From a virus (lineage: Duplodnaviria; Caudoviricetes): DNA of 64,000 nucleotides. This document shows, piece after piece, positions 27,091-37,946 of this stretch. The stretch covers positions 1,037 to 65,036 of the IMG/VR virus record IMGVR_UViG_3300030118_003411; one strand, given 5' to 3'. The notes beneath the pieces are model-generated. The model made no database searches. It saw nothing but the letters and a program-made list of their open reading frames with translations, and was not told the origin of the DNA. The first letter of the stretch is position 1. Every line of letters starts with the position of its first letter. The position numbers and the translations under genes are program-made.

Positions 27091-28602
27091 TTATCCACAT
27101 GATCCTTGTGTTACATTCGGCATACTAAAGTAGTAGTATGGAGGAGATGGAGTATACATTGTTCCATTAAGTTGATCTCCAATAGAAGGAGAACCTACAG
27201 CGGTTCCTTGATTTTTTTCTGCAACGCTTCTGCCTCCGGGTGGGAATAGACCAGAGTAATTTGCTTCTCCAGAAGAACTTGCAGACCATCGTTCGTGCAT
27301 TACAACAATAGTTCCTATTGCAATTGGTTCAACTGTGTAGTTTTGCGGAAAAGTCCTTTTTGCAGCCAATCTACTTGTAGAAGTACTTGTTGTATCTGGT
27401 TTTTGAGAAGTAAGTGTTCTAATAACAGCAGTATCTAAACCACTAACGGTATTATTAGCATCTGTAATAGACATACCTGCTCCCATTACACCATAACCAA
27501 GAGTTGCTGCTCCTCCTTCTGATTGAACATAAAAGTTTGACATTTCTGCTGTATTAAGAGCGTAGAAATAACCATCTCCGGTTCCTCCGCTTGTTGGATC
27601 AACTGATGTCCAGTTTCTGTTGGGAGTTGAGTTAATTGCTGGTGTTGATGAGGTGGCTCCATATTGCATGAACAAACCGTCTAAAGTAGGAACTCCTGAA
27701 GTATATTCGCCTGATACATTCATTTTCCTATCAAAGTGTCCACTAACAATATCCATACTAATGTTTGTTACATCGCTATTGGTAGCTATAGATAATCCTG
27801 CTGATTGATATTCAGCATGTTCATGCATTACATTTTCTGGTACAGTTCTTGTTAAAATAATTTTATTTGTACTAGTTTCTCTAGTAGCTGTGTGGAATCT
27901 AACTGTTGAAGTACCACTACTAATCTCTCCTCTTCCGTCATTTGCAGCAGATGCTGTAGAAGAACTAGAGGATGGAATAGCATTCCATGCAGAAACCCAG
28001 TTATCTAAATATGTACCAATACTAGCATCATTAATTTCTCCTGTTAAACCGTGAGTAAGTTTTAAACTAAAATCAACTAAATGAGAATTGTAAGCTGGCG
28101 AAGAACTAATAGAAGAAGCTTGATTTGATCCGGGTTGGAATGAACCATACTGAATAATAGGCAGTTTAAAAGTTGTTGTAATATCCGTAGTAGACCATGA
28201 ACCACCTGTATTAAAAGTAAACTCTAATTTTACTTGATGAGCAATGGGTGTATGGATTGCTACTTCTTCCCACTCGTAAAGCCATCTATTTTCTTCTGTT
28301 CCTGAATCAGCAGAAAAATCAGTGTCTCCTGTGTTAATTGCTGTTCTGCCTGTAATTCTAGCTAAAAATACTTGTCTATCTAGTTGTTCTCTAATTAGAT
28401 CAATAGTAGCCGCTCTAGAGATAAACCTTTCTCCTACTGCACTATCTCCATAGTGTACATAAAGTTCTGCGGGATTAGAGGTTTTATCAGCAGACGATAC
28501 AGGATCATCTGGTAAAGAAACGGTTACTTCTCCATGTGCGCCTGTAGTAAACACGGCGTGTTCTGCTGCCGTTCCTCTTCGACGCTTAACTTGTTTTGCC
28601 AT
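27091..28602 (-). CDS. Tail fibre-like protein with Mtd-N-type N-terminus
   Basis: QVKRRRGTAAEHAVFT-GAHGEVTV...LYVHYG resembles the major tropism determinant N-terminal domain. Confidence 0.65.
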   Translation of the reverse strand: MAKQVKRRRGTAAEHAVFTTGAHGEVTVSLPDDPVSSADKTSNPAELYVHYGDSAVGERFISRAATIDLIREQLDRQVFLARITGRTAINTGDTDFSADSGTEENRWLYEWEEVAIHTPIAHQVKLEFTFNTGGSWSTTDITTTFKLPIIQYGSFQPGSNQASSISSSPAYNSHLVDFSLKLTHGLTGEINDASIGTYLDNWVSAWNAIPSSSSSTASAANDGRGEISSGTSTVRFHTATRETSTNKIILTRTVPENVMHEHAEYQSAGLSIATNSDVTNISMDIVSGHFDRKMNVSGEYTSGVPTLDGLFMQYGATSSTPAINSTPNRNWTSVDPTSGGTGDGYFYALNTAEMSNFYVQSEGGAATLGYGVMGAGMSITDANNTVSGLDTAVIRTLTSQKPDTTSTSTSRLAAKRTFPQNYTVEPIAIGTIVVMHERWSASSSGEANYSGLFPPGGRSVAEKNQGTAVGSPSIGDQLNGTMYTPSPPYYYFSMPNVTQGSCG

Positions 28603-28612
28603 GTCTTACTCC

Positions 28613-31600
28613 TTAGTTTCTAATAGATGACATTCGTGGAGAGAATATTCCACGGAATTCTATGTTAGCAATGTTTACGGGTTGATGATAATCGCTGACA
28701 AATGATATTTCAGCATTTGGCGCAAAGCTCATTACTTTAGCCATAAACTCTCCGTTTTCTTGAACAGAGAGTTGAGAGGAATCAAAAGATTCTGAGTTTA
28801 TTCTTTCTTTATAAAAAGGATCTGTTATAACAATATCTGTATTATTATTAAACTGTTTTCTTTTTACTTGGAAATTAAATTTACCGGTTCTATAAAACTT
28901 CATAGATACATTTTTAATATTTAAAACACCGTCTAGTGCATTATTGTTTTGATCTCTGAATACTATTTCGGATAAAGTAGCAGTCATTGTAAATGACGTT
29001 CCAAACCAATTTTCTGTTTTACTTTGTTCATCTGACAAGAAATTAAATAGTATTCCATACTCTAGCTTTTCTTGTATAAATTTATCTGAATTTCTTCCAT
29101 AGTCTTCAAAAGAACTTGCTGTTGTATCTATCTGTCCATAATCTTCAGAAGAAGTTACATTAGATGATCTTTGATCTCCTTGTACTACTACTCTTGTTTT
29201 TTTGCCGTTGTCAGAAGTGCTTGATACTATAGTTAGTTCTTCTCCAATATCAGGCTGATTTAGTCCTACTATAGCTTGATTTATTTCGTCATTTTGTACT
29301 GGTAGTTTGAAAGTTGTTGTATCTGAAGAAGAATCATATATTGTATTTAAACTTTCGCTTGTGATAAGAGATTTAACCTTAAACTGCGGTAAGTTGTTTT
29401 GTACTCCTTGTCCACCCGGACCTCTTGCTCCTGTATCAGTACCAGAAAGAGGCAGCATTGTAACCTCTTCCCCTACAGTAAATCCTTTTCCGTGGTTTAC
29501 TACTTCCCAACTAGAAGGAATACCAAATGTTCCAAACTTAGCATCAGCATCTGCTAAAATAAGGCCGTCTCCAAATCCTATTCCTACATTTATAATAGAA
29601 AGTATTTTTATAGATAATCCAGATCCTGTTGTTGCTATTTTTTGAGTAATTACATCTCCAACATTATAGCCAAAAGGAACTTTGTATTTAACAGCGGTAG
29701 GTCTTATCGAGAAAACTCCGTTTTTTACTTGAAATTCTGTGGGACTAGAAGAAGGTTGTGTTTGTCTTATTGCATCAGTTATCGCCTCTACGCCTACGCT
29801 TACAGAAGCATTAGATCCTTGTTTTGCATATGCGGTCATTCCGGCAGAAGTATCTGCTATTAGATTTCCAAAAGTGGAAGTGGCAGATATACCAACGTCA
29901 TCTGGTACAAGATACCCAGATCCTCCGTTTAATAAAGATACTTTAGTTATTTTACCATTAGAATCTGTTTCGGTTACTTTTAATTCTAAACCAGATCCGG
30001 GGTTTTCATTTATTGTTCCATTTTTTACATTTTTATTATTAAAAGTAAGAGAGTCTCCCGCTTGATACCCTGTTGTATTATTAAAGTTTATTTCAAAAGA
30101 AGTAATTTCTCCCCAATCACTATCAACCTCAGAAACTCTACCCATATCTTCAGTTAGGGGCATAGAAATTCTTCTATCAATTCTTGGATATGTTTCAGGT
30201 TCTGTTATAACAGATGCTTTTTGAACAAAGAACTGACCTGATTCTTCTCCGTTTGGTCTTTTATAAGGTCTTAAAACAACAGAATATAAAATGTCATCAA
30301 TAAAGTTAATACTTTTAATTTTATCTTTTGTTGAAGTAATCCACTTGTGAAGCGAGTTTTGAATAATTTTATCGCCAGAAAATCTACTAGTATAGAAATA
30401 TAAAATATTCTGATTGTCTGCATCAATTAAAGATATCATACTTTTTATAGCAGATGTAGCTATATCTTTAAAGCTTTTTGGCAAATATCCCTCTGCTTGG
30501 AAAGTAACTTCAGCGGCATTAGATACATTTGTAGATCCAGATCCATAGTAAAGATATATTTTCTGTGGAGCAAAGAAGTATATTTGAGACCCTAATAGTT
30601 GGGGTTCACTAACTGGATCTGTTGAATAAAATGCAGTAGCTTGTAGTTCTGCTGTTAGAGGAGTAATTTGGTTTTCTGATCCTAACAACTCAAACTGCAT
30701 ATCATTCAAAGTAGAAACAAACATATAACTCTCGAAAGGAACAAGGTGACTAATTGTAACCAAATCTCCTCGTCCAGTTCTAACATCAATTGGATCTGTA
30801 TCTACTATATTATCCGGATCATCTAGCCATAGATTAAAGAAGTCTCCAACTTTAGAACAAAATACATTATCTTCTGCACACATCCAAAATCTGTCTCTCC
30901 AGAAAGTAATGTCATTTATTTTCTTTCTTACTCTTTCATTATTAGCTCCAACAAAGGCAGATGGACCGGGGTTTGTAGCTAATGTTCCAGTAAGTCTATC
31001 TTTATATGGAGTTTTAATAAATCGCCATGTGTTTTCGGAGGTAACAAAATCAAATAAAAGGGGCATTGTTTTAGTATCAAAAGAACCATAAGGATCTTCT
31101 GCTCTTACTTGCTCATAAAAAGGAGATCCTTTATCTTCAAATGATACCGTTCTAAAGAATCCTGCTGGTTTAGTTAAGTAAGACTCTCTTGTAACAAATA
31201 CTTTTCCTTTACCACTAAGATCTCCTACTGTATTTTCTGAATATAAGAAAGCTAAACTTTCTTCTGCTCCGTTTAAATCTGTAAAGTCATCATCATTTAT
31301 AGGAGGTATTGGAAGCAAAGAAAAATTCTCTACGGATTGCCCAATATCTAATCCTGTGGAAGTAGATAAAATAACATTATCACCAATTGGTTGGTGTTTA
31401 CTTCTGTTATATTTTATTTTTAGTTCATCTGTAAAATTTAAATTCATTTCTTTATTAGCATACAAACTGCTTGAGTCTGTTGTAACAAAGAAATCAACGT
31501 CTGTAATAAAAGGAGACTTTGGAATTTCTAGTAAAGAGCCTGTGCTTCCTTTTATTTTTTTTACCACAACAGAATTGCTGTCATTATTTAAAGTAAGAGC

Positions 31601-34360
31601 ATGGGTAGAGTTTTCTAGATTAATTACGTTATCTTTTACAGGAGAAGTAGCTATTCTAATAAAATGATTAAGGGTTGTTAAGGTGTCTGAAGGACGCAAA
31701 ACAACACCTTTGTCGTTGCTTGTAATAGGAGCATATCTAGTATTGGTTGGTTTATCATCAGTGCCGGGAACTGTTGCATTAGAATTTGTAAGATTTACTT
31801 TAAAATCAATTGGCTCAGATACATCATTAGTAATTCCCTCTTTAATAATACCTACGTTGTTAATAGCTTTTTGGCTTAAGATTCCTACTTCTCTCAAAAG
31901 AGTATGTGGGTTAAATAAAAATGTATCGTTTTCTTTTTGAGAACGATGATTAAATACATATTCAACTCTTTCGCCATTAAGCCACTCGTTAATATCTGGT
32001 CTGCAATCTCTATTATCCGGAGTAATAGTTTTAAATTTAGGCATATCTTTAAAAGTAACTTTTATGTCTTTTATTCCACCTTCCGATGGAGGATTTCCCT
32101 GAGTATCAAATCTACCATTAGAATATCCTTCTCCCTCTTCATCAATTGTAATGGTTAACTTTCCAATATTCCAAGTAATAGGAGCGGTTGCATCGGGAAC
32201 AGCAGTAGTATCTGTTTGAGTTCCAAAAGTTCTTGTATCAGAAGGATATCTAAATGACCAAGATCCACTAAATCTAGTTCCTTCTGTATTTAATCCACTA
32301 AACTTACTTGAATCAACTGAACCAGAAAAAGTAGACTCTATTTCAATTGTTCCGTTTAATACAACGGGTTCGTTTGTTAAGTTTTTATCATCAGTAGTTG
32401 GAGCTATTCCATTAGCCTTGCTAACTAATGCATGAAACGGAAACATTAAATTTACAAAAGAGTTTCTTTTATCTCCTTGTTTCATTATAAAGTGAGCTGG
32501 TCGAACAACTCTATCAATATCATCTTCTGTAATACCAGCGCCTGTTTTTTGTATTCCGTATTGATTAGCCCCTCTTGATACAACTGGATTATTTAAAAAG
32601 GAATTATACCATGCACTAAGATTATCTGGTAAGAAGTCATCTGATCCAACAGAATGACCGGGATACCAATTAGGATCTATTTCAGATATATCTGTACCAG
32701 TTCCTAGTGGTGCTGCTCCCCTAGCAAAAACAAACTCTAATTCATTTTGAAATATTTCTTTGATTTGACCTACGCCAAGCGGATTAATATTTTTTTCTCC
32801 GTATGATGTTAATCCAAGTCTATCGGCAGTGTTATCAAACTTAACGCATCCTTCTCCGCCAACATCAATAAACTTTGTTATAATGGGAACAGGCTCTTCT
32901 GTTATTCTGTCACAGATTACTAATCCATTGTTATCTTCGTCTATCTTTAATTTTACGTTTCCGCCGCTTCTAGATACAATATCAATTAAAGTCTGTATGG
33001 TAGCATCAGCATCTGATTTTACAATATTTAAATCTACTTGAGTTGTGCTTGCTCCATTTTGATACCAAAAAGTTCCTAATGCAAAGTTGTGATTTAATTC
33101 TCCAAAGTTCCAACCACAACCAGCGGCGGATTGAAAATCTGAACCATCTGGATTAAATCTTGAACAAATAGAGTTCATATCAATGCCATTAAGGTTTATT
33201 AGTTTGGTTGTTTCTGTAATAACAGGAGCTTGAAAACCTAGAGATCTTGGGAACGCTGAAGTTCTATATCTAATTCTTTCTCCGCCTAGCTGTTTTTGTG
33301 TTTTTATTAATCTTATTCTATAGTTTGTTCCGTCTTGTGTTTCAGGAATAACTCCTATTTCTCTTCCTATATCTTCTTTTGTGAAATTAATTTTAGAAAA
33401 TCTAGACTTATCTTTTAATAAAACAAACTGAGCTATAAAAACACTATTTGAGCTATCATATATTTTTATGATATCTCCCTTTCTAAATGAAGGGCTGTTA
33501 GTGTTAAAATCATTAAATGTTTTTTGATTTAATATACTGCCTTGAGTGTCTACTTTATATCCATCAAAAAATCCAGCATCATTAAATGCTGGTTTTATTA
33601 GTATAGCGGTAGAATCAGAAAATTCTTCAGTATTAATTGGATTTTCATTAAAATCTGTTTGATATAACTCTTTGTATCCGGCTTTTACTTCTTTGTTTAG
33701 AAGCATTGCAGATGTTCCAAAAGATTTCAACTTAATTAAATTGTTAGCTTCCCCTGTTTTGTATCCTTCTTGAATATAATTTATTACATCTTTTGTAACG
33801 CTATCATAATCAACAGATTGAATAGATAGATTTTTCTCTTCTACTTTCCAAACAGTAATAAACTTCTTTTTAAAATTTAAAGAAAATCCTGTTTTGTATT
33901 CGTTAGTAAAATCATTCCATTCAAAGTCTTGAGTAGATCCTTGTAATTCAGATTGAAAAACAGTTCCGTCTTCTCGTATTTGTTCTGTAATTGTTGGTTG
34001 TTTTTGAACTAAAGATACATTTATTGCAATTAAAAACTCATTATTTTCATCAATTGTAATCCATTTAAAAAAGAAATCATCTTCATCATCTGGAATATAT
34101 GTTTCAGATCCTGTGCCACCACCGATAGATAAATCTAAGGTGTTGAATATAAGAGAGCTGGGGGCAAGATTTAGATCTTCGCTATACTCTTCTGCTTTAC
34201 CGGGAATGTATTCAAAACCATTTCTTTTCTCAAAAGAGTTTTCAATTGTTAAAAATACGTTATTAAGTTCTTGTGCTTCTGAAGGAAGACGTTTAGTTAC
34301 GGGTTGTCTGCCTACTCCACCGGCAAGAGAATAAATAGGAAGTCTAATTTGTTGTGCCAT
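28613..34360 (-). CDS. Tail tubular protein B / nozzle (T7 gp12-like), greatly expanded
   Basis: IYSLAGGVGRQP..R...AQELNN N-terminus, INDITFWRDRFW..DNVFCSKVGDFFN, DTDPIDV, C-terminal IEFRG. Confidence 0.88.
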   Translation of the reverse strand: MAQQIRLPIYSLAGGVGRQPVTKRLPSEAQELNNVFLTIENSFEKRNGFEYIPGKAEEYSEDLNLAPSSLIFNTLDLSIGGGTGSETYIPDDEDDFFFKWITIDENNEFLIAINVSLVQKQPTITEQIREDGTVFQSELQGSTQDFEWNDFTNEYKTGFSLNFKKKFITVWKVEEKNLSIQSVDYDSVTKDVINYIQEGYKTGEANNLIKLKSFGTSAMLLNKEVKAGYKELYQTDFNENPINTEEFSDSTAILIKPAFNDAGFFDGYKVDTQGSILNQKTFNDFNTNSPSFRKGDIIKIYDSSNSVFIAQFVLLKDKSRFSKINFTKEDIGREIGVIPETQDGTNYRIRLIKTQKQLGGERIRYRTSAFPRSLGFQAPVITETTKLINLNGIDMNSICSRFNPDGSDFQSAAGCGWNFGELNHNFALGTFWYQNGASTTQVDLNIVKSDADATIQTLIDIVSRSGGNVKLKIDEDNNGLVICDRITEEPVPIITKFIDVGGEGCVKFDNTADRLGLTSYGEKNINPLGVGQIKEIFQNELEFVFARGAAPLGTGTDISEIDPNWYPGHSVGSDDFLPDNLSAWYNSFLNNPVVSRGANQYGIQKTGAGITEDDIDRVVRPAHFIMKQGDKRNSFVNLMFPFHALVSKANGIAPTTDDKNLTNEPVVLNGTIEIESTFSGSVDSSKFSGLNTEGTRFSGSWSFRYPSDTRTFGTQTDTTAVPDATAPITWNIGKLTITIDEEGEGYSNGRFDTQGNPPSEGGIKDIKVTFKDMPKFKTITPDNRDCRPDINEWLNGERVEYVFNHRSQKENDTFLFNPHTLLREVGILSQKAINNVGIIKEGITNDVSEPIDFKVNLTNSNATVPGTDDKPTNTRYAPITSNDKGVVLRPSDTLTTLNHFIRIATSPVKDNVINLENSTHALTLNNDSNSVVVKKIKGSTGSLLEIPKSPFITDVDFFVTTDSSSLYANKEMNLNFTDELKIKYNRSKHQPIGDNVILSTSTGLDIGQSVENFSLLPIPPINDDDFTDLNGAEESLAFLYSENTVGDLSGKGKVFVTRESYLTKPAGFFRTVSFEDKGSPFYEQVRAEDPYGSFDTKTMPLLFDFVTSENTWRFIKTPYKDRLTGTLATNPGPSAFVGANNERVRKKINDITFWRDRFWMCAEDNVFCSKVGDFFNLWLDDPDNIVDTDPIDVRTGRGDLVTISHLVPFESYMFVSTLNDMQFELLGSENQITPLTAELQATAFYSTDPVSEPQLLGSQIYFFAPQKIYLYYGSGSTNVSNAAEVTFQAEGYLPKSFKDIATSAIKSMISLIDADNQNILYFYTSRFSGDKIIQNSLHKWITSTKDKIKSINFIDDILYSVVLRPYKRPNGEESGQFFVQKASVITEPETYPRIDRRISMPLTEDMGRVSEVDSDWGEITSFEINFNNTTGYQAGDSLTFNNKNVKNGTINENPGSGLELKVTETDSNGKITKVSLLNGGSGYLVPDDVGISATSTFGNLIADTSAGMTAYAKQGSNASVSVGVEAITDAIRQTQPSSSPTEFQVKNGVFSIRPTAVKYKVPFGYNVGDVITQKIATTGSGLSIKILSIINVGIGFGDGLILADADAKFGTFGIPSSWEVVNHGKGFTVGEEVTMLPLSGTDTGARGPGGQGVQNNLPQFKVKSLITSESLNTIYDSSSDTTTFKLPVQNDEINQAIVGLNQPDIGEELTIVSSTSDNGKKTRVVVQGDQRSSNVTSSEDYGQIDTTASSFEDYGRNSDKFIQEKLEYGILFNFLSDEQSKTENWFGTSFTMTATLSEIVFRDQNNNALDGVLNIKNVSMKFYRTGKFNFQVKRKQFNNNTDIVITDPFYKERINSESFDSSQLSVQENGEFMAKVMSFAPNAEISFVSDYHQPVNIANIEFRGIFSPRMSSIRN

Positions 34361-34362
34361 GT

Positions 34363-35115
34363 TTAACCTCTTGCTCTCCAGTGTCTAGTGTTTCGTTGTC
34401 TGCCAAATTCTCTTCTAGTAGCCCTCATTATAGCATTATCTCCGGATGTAAGTATATTTCTTTTTCTATCATTAATATCGGCTGCTTTGGCTTTAGCCAT
34501 AAACATCTGCTCACGGCCTCCTAGAAGCTTGTCTGCGCCTCTATCTCCTTGGGTAGCCATCTGATACATTCTTTCAGCGGTGGCCGTGATAGCCCTCTGA
34601 GTGGCTGTGTCGATGTTCTCAAAAGATACAAAAAGATCCATAAGAACTGTATATTCTGTACCAAGATCAAACTCTGCGGTTTGGTTTGTGGTATTATACA
34701 GTAGGTTCTTATTAGAATCATCTGCATGAATAGTTCCTAGCCCAGTAAAAGTGCTAGCAATTCTGTCAAATCCATAAATGAGTTTTCCATCTGTATCATA
34801 GTGAAGAGAGATAAGTTCTGCTGATATTAAAGATCCATCTGTAGGAGTATCTGAAAAGTTAAATCCTAGATCAATATATCCCTTTCCTGATGAAGGAGTA
34901 ATACCACTTGCGCTTAAAGCTGTAGCCGAAGGATTACATTTTTTTTCATATTGATTATTGGTTAGACCCCTGATTTGATAATCCATCACTACTTGATTAA
35001 AAATTTGATTTGCAACACCAGTTTCAACTGACGTATCAGTAATTGAAGTAATAATAGATTCACCGGAGGCTAAAAGCATCTGGTTAAGACAATCAAGCTT
35101 ACTCATTAAGCCCAT
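34363..35115 (-). CDS. Tail tubular protein A (T7 gp11-like)
   Basis: SKLDCLNQMLLASGE N-terminus and FENID..QRAI..TA; start after AAGGAG RBS; follows the capsid gene. Confidence 0.85.
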   Translation of the reverse strand: MGLMSKLDCLNQMLLASGESIITSITDTSVETGVANQIFNQVVMDYQIRGLTNNQYEKKCNPSATALSASGITPSSGKGYIDLGFNFSDTPTDGSLISAELISLHYDTDGKLIYGFDRIASTFTGLGTIHADDSNKNLLYNTTNQTAEFDLGTEYTVLMDLFVSFENIDTATQRAITATAERMYQMATQGDRGADKLLGGREQMFMAKAKAADINDRKRNILTSGDNAIMRATRREFGRQRNTRHWRARG

Positions 35116-35136
35116 AGGGATCTCCTTATAAAAGTT

Positions 35137-35172
35137 AAAAAATCCGACCCGTCCCCTTTCGGGGACGAGCCG
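35137..35172 (-). terminator. Rho-independent terminator after the capsid gene (T-phi equivalent)
   Basis: CGGCTCGTCCCC-GAAA-GGGGACGGGTCG hairpin followed by GATTTTTT. Confidence 0.85.
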
Positions 35173-35212
35173 TTTGAAATGTATGCATGTATATAAAAAT
35201 ATACAGAAAGAA

Positions 35213-36556
35213 TTAACTGAATGGGTAGTTAGTAGTACCGTTGGTGCTGACGTACTCAGGAACAATGTCAAGACCAGCAGCTCCACAAAGGCTGGCAGTA
35301 GCACTTGCAGCACCGCGTTGAGTAAGATCTGCGTTGTCATAAACAAGAGCAGCACACTCAGGACGAATAACACCAGTACCAGCCATCATCGATGCAACGG
35401 TAAAGTTGGTGTTACGGCGGACATCCTCAACGGTGTCAACCTTCATGCCTTGAAGCGATAGCGAGGCAACGCATTCTGGCTTCCAAAGGATAGCCTTGCA
35501 ACCAACACGGGCATAACCAGCAGAGTACTTATCATCACCGATTGCGGCAATACCTGCCTGACCTGAGCCATCAGGAAGACCGTCTGAGTTATATCCAGAA
35601 CCAGCACCACCAGCTTGACCCTTTTGTGTACCATCAAGGGTGTTGATGTTGTTACTAAAGAGAGTCTTAAGGTGGTTGCTCTTGACAATGGTGCATCCCA
35701 TGTACTCAAGAGTATCTGCAAGACTGTTCATACCGTCTTCTAGGCCATTACCAAGACCACCAGCTTCTGCAACACCGCCGAATAGGGGGCGACCAGCACC
35801 ACCAACAAGGGCGGAGTTGTCTCTGGCTACACCAAGAGCGCGAATGTCAGCGAAAGCCTGTGGGGTAACAGCGCAGTAAGTGCCTTCTGCCATGATATCA
35901 GATTCCTGTAAGAATACATGGAATTCTTCAATCTTCTGAAGAAGTAGAAGGGCAGCATCAGTTCTGTTAGCGGCACTTGAAGCAGTGTTTCCGAGGTGAG
36001 AGAAGGTAGTGCTGTTGTAAAGCTCGCCATCAATCTTACCGGGTACATTGGTGCCGTTAACAGCAGCGGTAAAGCTACTATCCTCACAAGCAGCACGGAC
36101 TAGGGTAGCAAGAATCTGCTTGTCTCTGGCGTTTGCAAGAGCAAGGCCAGCCTGACGAGCGAGTTCGCTACGATATTCCCACATTGAAATCATCATATCA
36201 ATGTTGTCTACTTCGAAGTGAGCAGCAATTGGACGGTTGTCCAAACGAACTGCAATGGTATCTGAGCCATAAGCGGTAGTGTTACCAATTAGCTCTTCAC
36301 CAGCACCCCAAGCAGCCTTAAGATCAACAGTACCGGTAATTGGGAATTCCATTACTCGGCCACTGGGAATAACCTTAGAGGTTACAAGAGGTTCAAAAAT
36401 ACGAAATGCATCGTATGCAGCAAGTACTTCACCCGACCATACGGGAAGCCATAGCTTGTTTGGTCCTAATGGACCACCTTCGGTTCCTTGACGCCTAAGA
36501 GCGTCAGATCCTGACGCACCGCGTCCAAATCCTAAATTTCCTACATTGTCAGCCAT
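35213..36556 (-). CDS. Major capsid protein (T7 gp10-like)
   Basis: LWLPVWSGEVL, IPSGRVMEFP, RSELARQAGLALA..D, GTGVIRPECA. Confidence 0.95.
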   Translation of the reverse strand: MADNVGNLGFGRGASGSDALRRQGTEGGPLGPNKLWLPVWSGEVLAAYDAFRIFEPLVTSKVIPSGRVMEFPITGTVDLKAAWGAGEELIGNTTAYGSDTIAVRLDNRPIAAHFEVDNIDMMISMWEYRSELARQAGLALANARDKQILATLVRAACEDSSFTAAVNGTNVPGKIDGELYNSTTFSHLGNTASSAANRTDAALLLLQKIEEFHVFLQESDIMAEGTYCAVTPQAFADIRALGVARDNSALVGGAGRPLFGGVAEAGGLGNGLEDGMNSLADTLEYMGCTIVKSNHLKTLFSNNINTLDGTQKGQAGGAGSGYNSDGLPDGSGQAGIAAIGDDKYSAGYARVGCKAILWKPECVASLSLQGMKVDTVEDVRRNTNFTVASMMAGTGVIRPECAALVYDNADLTQRGAASATASLCGAAGLDIVPEYVSTNGTTNYPFS

Positions 36557-36722
36557 TGTTATTTCCTTTCAAAGAATTAGGCTATCAATAAAATAATAGA
36601 AGGTGATTATCACACGCTTTGATTATTCCTTGAAAGGAGTCTTAGCGAGGTGTCTTACGGCGAAAAGCCATCCATTGCCCGAAGGGGGATTTGCTATCCG
36701 ATTTCGACGCAATCAACCTAAC

Positions 36723-37664
36723 TTATAACATGCCGCCTTGAGCTTCGAAGGTGATACGCATCTTCTCTTCAATAGCGGCGCGATATTTTGGATCTCTAGT
36801 ATATCTTCTATCTCGCATAGCAGCAAGCATTAGTTCTCTAGAAGCAAAAGGTTCTTCAACAGAACCAACATTAGCGGTTGGTTGTGCCTGATCTACCATG
36901 CTGGTAGGTTCTTTTGCTTTCTGAGAAGAGACAGAAGATTCATATCTAGTTTTTAACCCAAGCATTACGGTTTCCCATGCAGGTGTTCGCAATCCTTCGT
37001 TAATTTTATCTCGTTCATCAGCAGGAAGATTCTTAGAAGCCCAGTCCATAAGAGTATTAAGCTCTTTTTCAGAACCAACAACATTAGCTGCTTGGTTAAC
37101 AGCCTGCTTCATCATTGCTTTTCTTCCTGCGACAATTTCATCGATAATAGCATCTTGTACACCGAACTCAGATTTAATAGATTCTCTAGTTTCATCTGAT
37201 AGGTTTCCATTATTATTATCAATTTCTAATCCCCACTCAGCCCAGTTCTCTGGTTGAATAACCTTACCAGATGGGGCTGTGACCTCAGAAGTTTCCTCTA
37301 CAGGAGCTTCTGGAATCTCTAGTCGATCCATGTCAAGGTCAGGTGCAGCCTCTTCTACAGGAGCCTTTGGCTCTTCTGGGGCTACATAGTTAGGGTTTTC
37401 GGTGTTTCCTTCTGCAAAATTTTTCTTAAGCTCGGCCACTTCTTGACGAGCCTTAGTATACTCTGCTTGTGCGCCCTTAAGAGAGTCAAACCAAGCACCA
37501 GCATCCTTAAAGTTTTCAGGAATTGCCTCTCCATTAGCTTGTACATGCCTCTCAAAGGCTTGTTTTTCGTTATTATATTGAGTTTGTTCTGGAGTTGTCC
37601 CTTGAGATTGTTCCGTGGTTGTTGCTTCTGGAGCAGCCTGTGGAGTCTCGTTATTATTATCCAT
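36723..37664 (-). CDS. Capsid scaffolding protein (gp9-like)
   Basis: Acidic; L..WA..NL and AMRDRRY..DPKYR motifs; upstream of the MCP. Confidence 0.9.
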   Translation of the reverse strand: MDNNNETPQAAPEATTTEQSQGTTPEQTQYNNEKQAFERHVQANGEAIPENFKDAGAWFDSLKGAQAEYTKARQEVAELKKNFAEGNTENPNYVAPEEPKAPVEEAAPDLDMDRLEIPEAPVEETSEVTAPSGKVIQPENWAEWGLEIDNNNGNLSDETRESIKSEFGVQDAIIDEIVAGRKAMMKQAVNQAANVVGSEKELNTLMDWASKNLPADERDKINEGLRTPAWETVMLGLKTRYESSVSSQKAKEPTSMVDQAQPTANVGSVEEPFASRELMLAAMRDRRYTRDPKYRAAIEEKMRITFEAQGGML

Positions 37665-37946
37665 TTAAATCTCCTGTGTTGTCCCTTTTGGGGACATAAA
37701 AAGTATTTTTACTGTTAAGTGTGTAACCCATAAAAAGAGCAAAGCATACAGTAGGCCAAGTGGAGAGGTGTAAAAGCCCCTGCTTGCTTCTAGGGTTGTT
37801 TCGTGTAATGCCATAATAGCATTGGTATTTTCTCTTGCTTGTTCGGATATACTTTGCTGCATTTTCACAGCGTCACAAGCAGAAAAAATACAAGATATTC
37901 CTAAAAGGAATAATAAGAATGATTTTTTACTTATAAAATCAATCAT
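37665..37946 (-). CDS. Putative lipoprotein with C-terminal TM helix
   Basis: KK-hydrophobic-FSAC lipobox-like signal; second hydrophobic segment near the C-terminus. Confidence 0.5.
   Translation of the reverse strand: MIDFISKKSFLLFLLGISCIFSACDAVKMQQSISEQARENTNAIMALHETTLEASRGFYTSPLGLLYALLFLWVTHLTVKILFMSPKGTTQEI

Noticed and set aside
27091-28602. Diversity-generating retroelement suggested by the Mtd-like N-terminus
   Set aside because: No reverse transcriptase and no TR/VR repeat pair seen in the window
35116-35373. Open frame running from inside the capsid gene through the terminator into gp11 (possible 10B-like frameshift fusion)
   Set aside because: It is the +1 frame (T7 10B uses -1), I saw no clear slippery site, and gp11 has its own RBS and ATG at 35115; likely chance
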